19,431 nucleotides of DNA from positions 1 through 19,431 of the forward strand of contig JAFCCC010000011.1 in assembly GCA_017610385.1 (NCBI GenBank), in the 5' to 3' direction. The notes under the pieces were generated by a model, which did no database searches, was not told the DNA's origin, and worked only from the letters and a program-made list of their open reading frames with translations. The translations under genes and the position numbers were made by a program. This DNA is from Candidatus Nanohalarchaeota archaeon (GTDB lineage Archaea > Nanohalarchaeota > Nanosalinia > Nanosalinales > JAFCCC01). Numbering within the stretch: the stretch's first letter is position 1; each line of letters starts with the position of its first letter. Below, in pieces: positions 8,463 to 15,807 of this stretch.

Positions 8463-9044
8463 ATGCGAAAAAAAGAAGGAATTCTTTATGATCTCTCAAA
8501 TTTTTTAGAATCTGGCAAAAAAGAGATTAAAGTACCCAACACAGGTCCCCAATTAAATTGCGGTGCTCAAATACTAAGTGACCTCTGGCATTTTAGATAC
8601 CCTTTAAAATACTTTCCAAAACATCTAAAACTCATAATAAAAATACCAATTTTTCATTTGCTGAAATTTATACCTCCCAGTAGCCTTAAAAATTCAATTT
8701 ATCGGATCTTTGGCGTGAAAATCGCTAGAGGTGTCATAATTACTTTTAATGTGTATTTAGATGTGTTTTTCCCAGAATTAATTACTATTGAAGATGGCGC
8801 GATTATCGGAGAATATACTAAAATATTTACTCATGAAGCGTTAATAAATCATATAAAATTTGGTAAAGTTCATATAGGTAAAAAAGTTGTTGTTGGATTA
8901 AATTCTGTTGTTCGTTGTGGTACAATAATTAGTGATGGCTCTGTTGTTGCTATGAATTCTTTAGTAAACAAAGATGTTCCTGAAATGGAAGTTGTTGGTG
9001 GAGTTCCTATACGGCGAATTAAGAAGTTGAAGAAGATTTTATAA
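8463..9044 (+). CDS. Hexapeptide-repeat (left-handed beta-helix) acyltransferase
   Basis: FPELITIEDGAIIG..IFTHE..GKVHIGKKVVVG..VVAMNSLVNKDVP..VVGGVP; ATG 8463 preferred over TTG 8439. Confidence 0.85.
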   Translation: MRKKEGILYDLSNFLESGKKEIKVPNTGPQLNCGAQILSDLWHFRYPLKYFPKHLKLIIKIPIFHLLKFIPPSSLKNSIYRIFGVKIARGVIITFNVYLDVFFPELITIEDGAIIGEYTKIFTHEALINHIKFGKVHIGKKVVVGLNSVVRCGTIISDGSVVAMNSLVNKDVPEMEVVGGVPIRRIKKLKKIL

Positions 9045-9093
9045 TCGCTAGTTTTATAAACATTATATTATAAGTCTCTTTTTAGGTGTTAAA

Positions 9094-9378
9094 ATGAAAG
9101 TAAATGAACTGCAAGATAAGGGTTCTATTGATGAAATTACCCTAAAAATTACAGAAAAACAACAGCCTCGATCCATGAGAGGAGAAACATTACATGTTTG
9201 TAATTTAACAGGTGAAGATGAAACAGGATCTGTTGTAATTGCGTTATGGAACGACGACATTGATAAGGTTAATGTCGGTAACAAAATAACCATCAAAGAA
9301 GGATGGGCAAGAGTTTTCAATAACGAAATGCAAGTATCTCGAGGAAAAAACGGAATTTTAGAGGTTGTTACAGAATAA
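9094..9378 (+). CDS. ssb: Single OB-fold single-stranded DNA-binding protein (archaeal SSB/RPA-like)
   Basis: MKVNEL..DETGSVVIALWNDDIDKVNVGNKITIKEGW..FNNEMQVSRGKNG OB signature; no acidic tail. Confidence 0.85.
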   Translation: MKVNELQDKGSIDEITLKITEKQQPRSMRGETLHVCNLTGEDETGSVVIALWNDDIDKVNVGNKITIKEGWARVFNNEMQVSRGKNGILEVVTE

Positions 9379-9397
9379 CATCTCTCTTATTTTTCTT

Positions 9398-9733
9398 TTA
9401 ATTTGTTTCTTTATGGATTAAATAATTCCATAGAAATAAAAATCCAATTAAGATTATGGGTAAGGATAAAAGCAGGAAACTTAGCATATTTTCAAAGGTC
9501 GAATAGAAAAAAGTCCAAATTATTCCTAAAATAATAAATATTGTGCCGCCAACTAGCTCAAATTTCCATGAAATTACAAGAATTATGAATAAAATCGCAG
9601 TTGGAATTAAATGAATGAAAAAGGCACCACCAAAAACCTGTTCCTCAAACGCGAATAATCCCGTAAATAGTATGAATAAAATACAGAAAATTCTTGGAAC
9701 CCAATAAATCATTTTAAAAGATTTTTCTTTCAT
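9398..9733 (-). CDS. Small multi-pass (about 4 TM) membrane protein of unknown function
   Basis: Hydrophobic segments; WVPRI..FFIHLIP..ISWKFELVGG pattern. Confidence 0.8.
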   Translation of the reverse strand: MKEKSFKMIYWVPRIFCILFILFTGLFAFEEQVFGGAFFIHLIPTAILFIILVISWKFELVGGTIFIILGIIWTFFYSTFENMLSFLLLSLPIILIGFLFLWNYLIHKETN

Positions 9734-9848
9734 AATATCTTTTTAGAAATAATACTTGAAATAAGTTCGCTTAAAGTGTTTATGCGAGTCTTAGTGATCT
9801 TACTCAACTTAAGACCACAAACACTAAGACTTTAGAATACTAAAGTAA

Positions 9849-10040
9849 TTATGCCTTACTGACATTAACCGCTTTAGGTCCTCTTTCTCCTTGTTCAACG
9901 TCGAAAGTTACAGAATCTTCATCTGTAATTCTGACATCAGGATTTAAACCAGTCATATGTACAAAGTAATCTTTGCCATCTTCTCCTGAAATAAATCCGA
10001 AGCCTTTTCCTGCGTTGAAAAACTTTACAGTTCCTTTCAT
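9849..10040 (-). CDS. cspA: Cold-shock protein
   Basis: MKGTVKFFNAGKGFGFI (RNP1), DYFVH (RNP2), GERGPKAVNV; strong SD AAGGAGGAG at 10054-10046. Confidence 0.96.
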   Translation of the reverse strand: MKGTVKFFNAGKGFGFISGEDGKDYFVHMTGLNPDVRITDEDSVTFDVEQGERGPKAVNVSKA

Positions 10041-10098
10041 TTTTACTCCTCCTTATTATTTTTATGCCTTGCCAAAGGCTATTCCTTGATTTTGGCGA

Positions 10099-10190
10099 TG
10101 CTCCTACCGGGACTCGAACCCGGGTCTACGGCTTTCCCTCACTTTTCAATGACGAGAGGCCGCAATGCTTAACCACTACACCATAGGAGC
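10099..10190 (-). tRNA. tRNA-Glu(CUC) with 19-nt intron at 37/38 (10134-10152), no encoded CCA
   Basis: Acceptor GCTCCTA/TAGGAGC+A, T arm CCGGG-TTCGAGT-CCCGG, anticodon CTC at 10156-10154; canonical BHB (CTCT/AGGG helix, two 3-nt bulges, CATT-GAAA-AGTG outer stem). Confidence 0.96.
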
Positions 10191-10421
10191 AGCTGAGTTG
10201 TCAGCTAGCACCAATAGCGAGTTACGAGCATAACTCACCTTATTTACTCTTTTGTAAAGGTGACTTCCGAAGGGATGTCGCCTAAAGCATTGATTAACTT
10301 GACCGGAAAATATAATTTAATGTTAAGTTAGCCCAATCCCGTTACTCAATTAACCGATTTCCCAGTTAATTTTGCTTGAGCTTTTACTAAAAAGCTCACG
10401 CGTTAACCGATTTTGCGGTTA
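10191..10421 (-). ncRNA. Candidate structured RNA/tRNA leader (chain of hairpins)
   Basis: At least 7 near-adjacent stems, including AATTAACTGG-GAAA-TCGGTTAATT and TGAGCTTTT/AAAAGCTCA; no ORF; family not recognised. Confidence 0.45.
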
Positions 10422-10748
10422 TCCTATGTAGTTATAGGAATTATCTTTCTTTTTTGTAGCTTCCTGCTTTTTCTTTTTTGGAAGTTTTATTTCTCCAAAC
10501 TGTTTTTCATAGTTTTTAATATTCTCTGTTAGCAAATTAGAAAAAACCTTGACAGTTTTGGGATCTAAAGTAATAACTTCATGATCTATTATAATGGTTT
10601 CTTGTGTATCATTTCCTACTTGATCTATTCTTGGAGATGCTTGTTTGAAGTCCAAAATAAATTTAATGGGACTATGAATAATTGCAACCGCATCTGCAAA
10701 AAATGCGCCTTTATTATGTATACTTTGAATATTTCTCTGTTTTGCCAT
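10419..10748 (-). CDS. DUF3467-like small protein
   Basis: FFADAVAIIHSPIKFILDFKQ..ITLDPKTVKVFSNLLTENIKNYEKQFGEI pattern. Confidence 0.75.
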   Translation of the reverse strand: MAKQRNIQSIHNKGAFFADAVAIIHSPIKFILDFKQASPRIDQVGNDTQETIIIDHEVITLDPKTVKVFSNLLTENIKNYEKQFGEIKLPKKKKQEATKKKDNSYNYIG

Positions 10749-10842
10749 TTTAATAATATATTATTCTTTTAGTAAGGTATTTAAAGCTGAAAGTAATATA
10801 CACCACAAGCTTTATATACTACTACTATAAAGGTATTTTCTT

Positions 10843-11682
10843 ATGATACCCACAAAATTTGATTTTTCAGAAATTGATCCAGGACACTATGTATTAGATC
10901 CAACTACACGCAAAATTCAGCACGCAGATTTGAACTTTGCAAAAATCTTAGATGCAAAAACTGTAGAGGCTCTTTTAGGCACCATTCTTAAAGTAAATCC
11001 TGATTTTGACTGGGAAAATTTCATTTCGGGGTTAAAAATAGGGGAAATAGAACCTTATGGTATTCCGTATATTTCTATGACTGGATGTGAAACTAATGTT
11101 TTTGGTAATGTTACACTTACTAAAGATAATCAACTTATTGGTACTGCATACCCCCACAATAAAGAAGCTAAAAGGATGGCTCAGGCTTATTTAGATCCTC
11201 TTACAGGATTACATAATAGAACCTTTCTGGATGAAGAGGTTCTTCGTATTTACAATCTAAGTCAGAGAAATAAGCATCCTATGCATTTTATTATGTTTGA
11301 TTTAAATTATCTTAAGGAAATTAATGATACTTTCGGTCATGTAGAGGGAGATAACGCTCTCAAAGCGTTTGCAGACATTTTGAAGCACAGTTTCAGAGAA
11401 ACAGATTTTATAATAAGATATGGCGGAGACGAATTTTTAATTGTTTTGCCAGAAACAGATGGAACTGCAATAGATGGTGAATCTATTTTAGATATTTTGT
11501 TAAAAAGGTATAATCACGCAATTTCAGAATATAATAGAACATCTGATTTAAACTATTCTTTAGACGCAAGTTATGGAAGCAGTGTTTATGTTCCTGACAC
11601 GGAAATTACTTTTAAAGAGTTAATTGCGTTTGCAGATCAAAAGATGTATAGTATGAAAAGAGCTAAAAAAAATAGAGGATAA
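10843..11682 (+). CDS. GGDEF-domain diguanylate cyclase with unrecognised N-terminal domain
   Basis: DPLTGLHNR, FDLNYLKEINDTFGHVEGD, RETD I-site, RYGGDEF, ASYG, ADQKMY..K. Confidence 0.93.
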   Translation: MIPTKFDFSEIDPGHYVLDPTTRKIQHADLNFAKILDAKTVEALLGTILKVNPDFDWENFISGLKIGEIEPYGIPYISMTGCETNVFGNVTLTKDNQLIGTAYPHNKEAKRMAQAYLDPLTGLHNRTFLDEEVLRIYNLSQRNKHPMHFIMFDLNYLKEINDTFGHVEGDNALKAFADILKHSFRETDFIIRYGGDEFLIVLPETDGTAIDGESILDILLKRYNHAISEYNRTSDLNYSLDASYGSSVYVPDTEITFKELIAFADQKMYSMKRAKKNRG

Positions 11683-11686
11683 TAAA

Positions 11687-12067
11687 ATGCCTGAAACTAA
11701 AGTCTATACACTTCCTGGAAAGCCCGCTGAAGTTACATCTAGATCTATTGCCTGTACTATGCCAAATGGTGCTGTTAAAAAAGTTCACATATATGGTATC
11801 GCAAAAGATTGCTATAGTGTGGATGCAGGAGATGGTCTTGATATAGAAAAGGACATCAATAAAGAAGGAAACCGCGTAATATATCGAGTAAATAACGATG
11901 AAGTATTGTGTGTTGGAAAAGATCCAAATAAAATTCTTAGGGCGGTTTATAAAAGAAAACAAAGGGTTACGATACCAGTAATTCCTCTTTCTGAAGAAGA
12001 ACAAGAGTGGTTCACAGGCATTTTAACACAACTAGAAGGAGAAAAATCAATTAGGTTTTGGGATTAG
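11687..12067 (+). CDS. Hypothetical protein, probably co-transcribed with the GGDEF gene
   Basis: Starts 4 nt after the GGDEF stop, with an AGAGGA SD in the end of the upstream gene. Confidence 0.75.
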   Translation: MPETKVYTLPGKPAEVTSRSIACTMPNGAVKKVHIYGIAKDCYSVDAGDGLDIEKDINKEGNRVIYRVNNDEVLCVGKDPNKILRAVYKRKQRVTIPVIPLSEEEQEWFTGILTQLEGEKSIRFWD

Positions 12068-12068
12068 A

Positions 12069-12084
12069 ACTCACTTTAGTGAGT
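12069..12084 (+). terminator. Small hairpin ACTCAC-TTTA-GTGAGT right after the stop codon (possible terminator/3' end)
   Basis: Perfect 6-bp stem immediately after stop 12067; no U-tract. Confidence 0.35.
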
Positions 12085-12130
12085 AAATGAAACCACCATT
12101 TATATTTTATCAAATTAAAAATATAGTTTT

Positions 12131-13417
12131 ATGGCCAAAAATGTTAGAAAAGTCTTGAGAGCTCAATGGACTAAAACTGGATTTATTTTAGCAAGTATTG
12201 GTGCTGCAGTTGGTTTAGGAAATATTTGGAGATTCCCTTATATGGTCGGGGAAAATGGTGGCGGAGCGTTTTTAATCCCCTATCTTATTGGAGTTATAAT
12301 TTTTGGAATTCCGTTAATTGTTATTGAATTAGAAGTTGGTCGAAAGTATAAGGGTTCTGTTATAACGACTTTAAAAAAAGTTAATCGAAAAGTCTGGTTC
12401 GTTGGAATTTTAGCGATTTTAGTTTCTTTAGGTATTTTAAGTTACTATTTGGTTATTTGCGGATGGGCTTTAGCGTATACTATTTTTTCAGTTACAAAGT
12501 TCACAAGTTTTTCTTCTTTCACAAATAGTTTACTACCTTTGTTATTTTTTATTATATCTCTTTTAATTGTTGTATTAACTGTTTCGAGAGGTATTAAACG
12601 GGGTATTGAGAAAATGGCTATGGTTTTAATGCCACTATTTATTGCTTTAGTTGGTGCATTAACTATTTACTCTTTAACTCTTCCAGGAGCCAAAGAAGCT
12701 GTTTTATTTTATTTACATCCTGATTTTTCGTATTTACTTAACATAAAGGTCTGGATTTTGGGTTTCGCGCAGGCATTTTTTTCAATCGCGGTTGGTTATG
12801 GTATTTTAATGACTTATGGGAGCTATTTAAGTAAAAAAGACAATATTATGAAAGCTTCAGTTGAAATCGCTTCCGCCGATACATTTATTGCTGTTTTAAG
12901 CGGTCTTTTAATCTTTCCAATAATCTTTACATTTGGTTTAAATCCGGCTGCTGGCTCACAATTAACATTTATTTCTTTACCCCTTGCTTTTTCGCTAATG
13001 CCTTTTGGATTTATTATAGGTGCATTTTTCTTTTTCCTTTTATTTAGTGCAGGAATAACTTCAGCTGTTTCGATGATAGAGGTTGGTGTTTCAACACTAA
13101 TCGATGAATTAAACTGGACCAGAAAAAAATCAGCGTGGACACTTTCTATTTTAATTTTTTTAGCAGGATTGCCTTCTGCTTTAAGTTATTTTGGAAAAGG
13201 CTTATTTATTAACGGCCAACCATTAATAGAATATTTAGATTCTTTATTTGGCTCGTTACTTTTGCTTTCGGCAGCGTTAACCTGCGCAACAATTATGTGG
13301 GTTTATAAACCAAAATCATTCTCAAAATGGAAAATTGCTAAACCAGTTTATTTTTTCTTGAAATATTTGGTTCCCTTAATTTTAATTGGAATTCTGATTT
13401 ATGATCTTGTAGCGTAG
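12131..13417 (+). CDS. Sodium-dependent transporter, NSS (SNF/LeuT) family
   Basis: GAAVGLGNIWRFPY..ENGGGAFLIPY, QAFFSI, TYGSY; about 11 TM segments. Confidence 0.95.
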   Translation: MAKNVRKVLRAQWTKTGFILASIGAAVGLGNIWRFPYMVGENGGGAFLIPYLIGVIIFGIPLIVIELEVGRKYKGSVITTLKKVNRKVWFVGILAILVSLGILSYYLVICGWALAYTIFSVTKFTSFSSFTNSLLPLLFFIISLLIVVLTVSRGIKRGIEKMAMVLMPLFIALVGALTIYSLTLPGAKEAVLFYLHPDFSYLLNIKVWILGFAQAFFSIAVGYGILMTYGSYLSKKDNIMKASVEIASADTFIAVLSGLLIFPIIFTFGLNPAAGSQLTFISLPLAFSLMPFGFIIGAFFFFLLFSAGITSAVSMIEVGVSTLIDELNWTRKKSAWTLSILIFLAGLPSALSYFGKGLFINGQPLIEYLDSLFGSLLLLSAALTCATIMWVYKPKSFSKWKIAKPVYFFLKYLVPLILIGILIYDLVA

Positions 13418-13458
13418 AACTTAATAATCTTAATAAATTTTAGAATCTAAAACAAATT

Positions 13459-13560
13459 ATGTATTTTAAGGAAATCCAAAAACAAATTGATGGATGAACC
13501 AGCCAATTTGAACCGCAGTATTGGCCACCATTTCAAATTATGGCGCCTCTTTTAGAGTAA
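13459..13560 (+). pseudogene. 5' fragment of MazG-like/YpjD nucleotide pyrophosphohydrolase
   Basis: MYFKEIQKQIDG*TSQFEPQYWPPFQIMAPLLE* follows the recalled YpjD N-terminus (Q..VD.W..Q....YW.P....A.L.EE.GE), with TGA at the Trp position and TAA at the second Glu. Confidence 0.7.
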
Positions 13561-13575
13561 CGACGGAGATAAGAT

Positions 13576-13839
13576 TCAAAACAATTTGGAAAAATAAGCA
13601 TAAACGTGTTTTCTATGCCCAATAAACAAAACAATGATTTTTTCTTTCTTTTTATTTATTTCATAAATTATTCTATAATCCTCACTCCGTAAGCTCCAGA
13701 AACTGGAATATTGCAAATGTTTTCCTTTATTTGGAAACTCTTTTAATTCAGATATTTTTTCTTTTATTCTGTTTTGAATCTGAATCTCTAATTTATCAAA
13801 AGATTTCTTTGCTTTCGGATGCAAAAAGATATTATACAT
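13576..13839 (-). CDS. relE: RelE/ParE-family type II toxin
   Basis: YNIFLHPKAKKSFDKL..FPNKGKHL..WSLRSEDYRIIYEI..VLFIGHRKHVY. Confidence 0.9.
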   Translation of the reverse strand: MYNIFLHPKAKKSFDKLEIQIQNRIKEKISELKEFPNKGKHLQYSSFWSLRSEDYRIIYEINKKKEKIIVLFIGHRKHVYAYFSKLF

Positions 13840-14058
13840 CTAAATATCCTCAAAAGGAATTAACATTTCTGGATTTTCTTTAACTTCGTCGCTTCTTTCA
13901 ATAAGCGTCTTGTAGAATGTTCTAGTTTTTTCTTTTTCCTCATACAAGGCCAGAATAGTTTTTATGGCATCACTTCTACTCTTAAATTTCCCACTTTCAA
14001 TCCATCCATCTAGTTCTTTAACTGTTTCTTCTGATACTCGTAATTGAACCTGAACCAC
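13840..14058 (-). CDS. Ribbon-helix-helix antitoxin (CopG/MetJ/Arc-like)
   Basis: VQVQLRVSEETVKELDGWIESGKFKSRSDAIK; stop abuts the toxin ATG; start uncertain (GTG 14058 chosen, ORF track gives 14076). Confidence 0.85.
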   Translation of the reverse strand: MVQVQLRVSEETVKELDGWIESGKFKSRSDAIKTILALYEEKEKTRTFYKTLIERSDEVKENPEMLIPFEDI

Positions 14059-14067
14059 AACACTCAC

Positions 14068-14100
14068 TGTAAACACAAGTGTTTACAATATTATTTAAAA
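14068..14100 (-). promoter_or_regulatory. TATA-like box (TTTTAAAT) plus palindromic operator TGTAAACAC-AA-GTGTTTACA (14068-14087) of TA module 2
   Basis: Perfect 9-bp inverted repeat between the TATA box and the antitoxin start. Confidence 0.7.
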
Positions 14101-14112
14101 CTATTGTTAATT

Positions 14113-14250
14113 CGCCGGCGATAGGATTTGAACCTATGCGTTCTTGCGAACATTGGTTTTCTCGGGGCTTGAGTTTATGAAACTCCAATGTGATTAAACT
14201 TTGTTAAGTTTATTCGAGACCAACGCGTTAGACCACTCCGCCACACCGGC
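14113..14250 (-). tRNA. tRNA-Ser(CGA) with 54-nt intron at 37/38 (14159-14212), no encoded CCA
   Basis: Acceptor GCCGGTG/CGCCGGC+G73, long variable arm GTTC-GCAA-GAAC, T arm ATAGG-TTCAAAT-CCTAT, anticodon CGA at 14216-14214, splice helix CTCG/CGAG. Confidence 0.95.
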
Positions 14251-14304
14251 ATAATTATCTTTTCTTCCAATAATATTAAAACGCTTCACTTTAATTTTTG
14301 AATT

Positions 14305-15261
14305 ATGCCTGAAATTACAAATGAAATAATAGATAAAACAAAATGCAGATGCGGAAAAGAAGCAGTTATATTTAGACCATATGAAGGTCACGCATTATGT
14401 AAAGATCATTTTTTACATGCAATTGAAAGCAAAGTAAAGAAAACAATTAGACAATTTAAATTAGTTGAAAAAAATGATAAAATTGCTGTTGGACTTTCTG
14501 GTGGACCAGATTCCTCTGTTCTGCTTTACTTGCTAAACAAATTTTTTAAAGACAGACCAGATATAGAAATTTTCGCTATTTTCATTAATGAAGGCATTCC
14601 AAATTATCGAGAAAAGTTATTAAAAGAGGCGAAAAAACTATGCAAACGTCTGGAAGTTAAACTTTACGATTTTACTTTTAAAGAAGACTATGGCATTGGG
14701 TTAGATGAAATTGTTGAAAAGAAAAAAGGAACCGGACTAAGTCCTTGTGCGTATTGTGGAGTGATTAGGCGAGATATTTTGAATAGAAGATCGCGAGGTC
14801 TTAATGCAACAAAACTAGCAATAGGTCACAATTTAGATGATGAGGTAGAAGCGATTATGATGAATTATATTAGAGGAGATTTGCAAAGACTTGTTCGTAT
14901 GGGACCAAAGACAACACTAAGGGCATCCCCTGATTTTGTTCCAAGAATAAAGCCATTATTATATTTACCTAAAAAGGAGATTACTCTTTATGCACAATTA
15001 AGGAATATTAAAGTAATGCCAAAAGAATGTCCTTTTGGTGGTCACTCCCATAGATTTGAAGTGCGTGAATTTATTAATGATATGGAAGAAAAACATCCAA
15101 CTACGAAGTACTCTATTCTTAATACCTTTTTACGAATTCATCCAGCGATTTTAGAAACAAGAAAAGGCGAATCTAAAAATCTTAAAAAGTGTGAACGATG
15201 TGGAGAGCCAACTAATCACAAACTTTGCAAAACCTGTCAGCTTTTAGAAAGTGTACGTTAA
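14305..15261 (+). CDS. ttuA: tRNA 2-thiolation protein TtuA/Ncs6 (TIGR00269-like)
   Basis: N-terminal CRC..LCKDHF Zn finger, SGGPDS PP-loop, PCAYCG, GHNLDD, ECP, C-terminal CERC..CKTC. Confidence 0.92.
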   Translation: MPEITNEIIDKTKCRCGKEAVIFRPYEGHALCKDHFLHAIESKVKKTIRQFKLVEKNDKIAVGLSGGPDSSVLLYLLNKFFKDRPDIEIFAIFINEGIPNYREKLLKEAKKLCKRLEVKLYDFTFKEDYGIGLDEIVEKKKGTGLSPCAYCGVIRRDILNRRSRGLNATKLAIGHNLDDEVEAIMMNYIRGDLQRLVRMGPKTTLRASPDFVPRIKPLLYLPKKEITLYAQLRNIKVMPKECPFGGHSHRFEVREFINDMEEKHPTTKYSILNTFLRIHPAILETRKGESKNLKKCERCGEPTNHKLCKTCQLLESVR

Positions 15262-15807
15262 GTTATATGTATTATTTTCACTTGGGTGGAGATCAATTTT
15301 CATAGCTTCTTCTTCGACTGCTTCTAAATATTTTCTTAAATCCTTATAGGGGCCTTGTAAAAGTTCTTCTTTGTCAAGACTCATGAAATATTCATATAAA
15401 CGCCTTTCCTGTGGATATATTTCTTGATTTAATATGGACGCAGTTTGTCCTTCCAAAAGACATACGATTCCCATCAAATCATCTGAACTTAAACCCATTT
15501 CTTCAGCTACTTGAATTTGTTTTTTATGAAATGCTTCATGTTCTACAACTAGTTCATAATCCATTCCCGGGGGTAATGTATCAGTGTACGTTCTTCTACC
15601 TGTTTTTAAGTCTGTTGCACCCCCAACACCATATGGTAGCGTTTCTATCTCAAACGTAGTGTCCGTATTGTCTAAACCATACGCTTCATCAACTTCGTTG
15701 GTATATGTAATTGCATTAGTTAGTTCTGGGGTTATAGTAATTGCAAGTGTAGAGTCAGGACGCCCATTGGCCCCATTTAAAATAGAAGAGACAAGCTCTG
15801 CAGACAT
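15244..15807 (-). CDS. Hypothetical protein with HExxH motif (possible zinc metallopeptidase)
   Basis: VVEHEAFHKKQ with downstream LLEG; convergent 18-bp overlap with ttuA. Confidence 0.7.
   Translation of the reverse strand: MSAELVSSILNGANGRPDSTLAITITPELTNAITYTNEVDEAYGLDNTDTTFEIETLPYGVGGATDLKTGRRTYTDTLPPGMDYELVVEHEAFHKKQIQVAEEMGLSSDDLMGIVCLLEGQTASILNQEIYPQERRLYEYFMSLDKEELLQGPYKDLRKYLEAVEEEAMKIDLHPSENNTYNLTYTF

Noticed and set aside
9775-9846. HDV-like/theta ribozyme
   Set aside because: Interleaved helices, but no 3-bp P3 with pyrimidine-rich L3, no P1.1 GG, and no recognisable J4/2
10340-10400. c-di-GMP-I riboswitch
   Set aside because: GCAAA and a GAAA-capped stem are present, but the following GACGCAAAG/P3 and P1 elements are absent
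13495-13497. TGA=Trp alternative code
   Set aside because: TGA terminates lysS and antitoxin 1, and the fragment also has a TAA, so it is a pseudogene
14194-14391. 65-aa minus-strand ORF
   Set aside because: Reads through tRNA-Ser and antisense to ttuA
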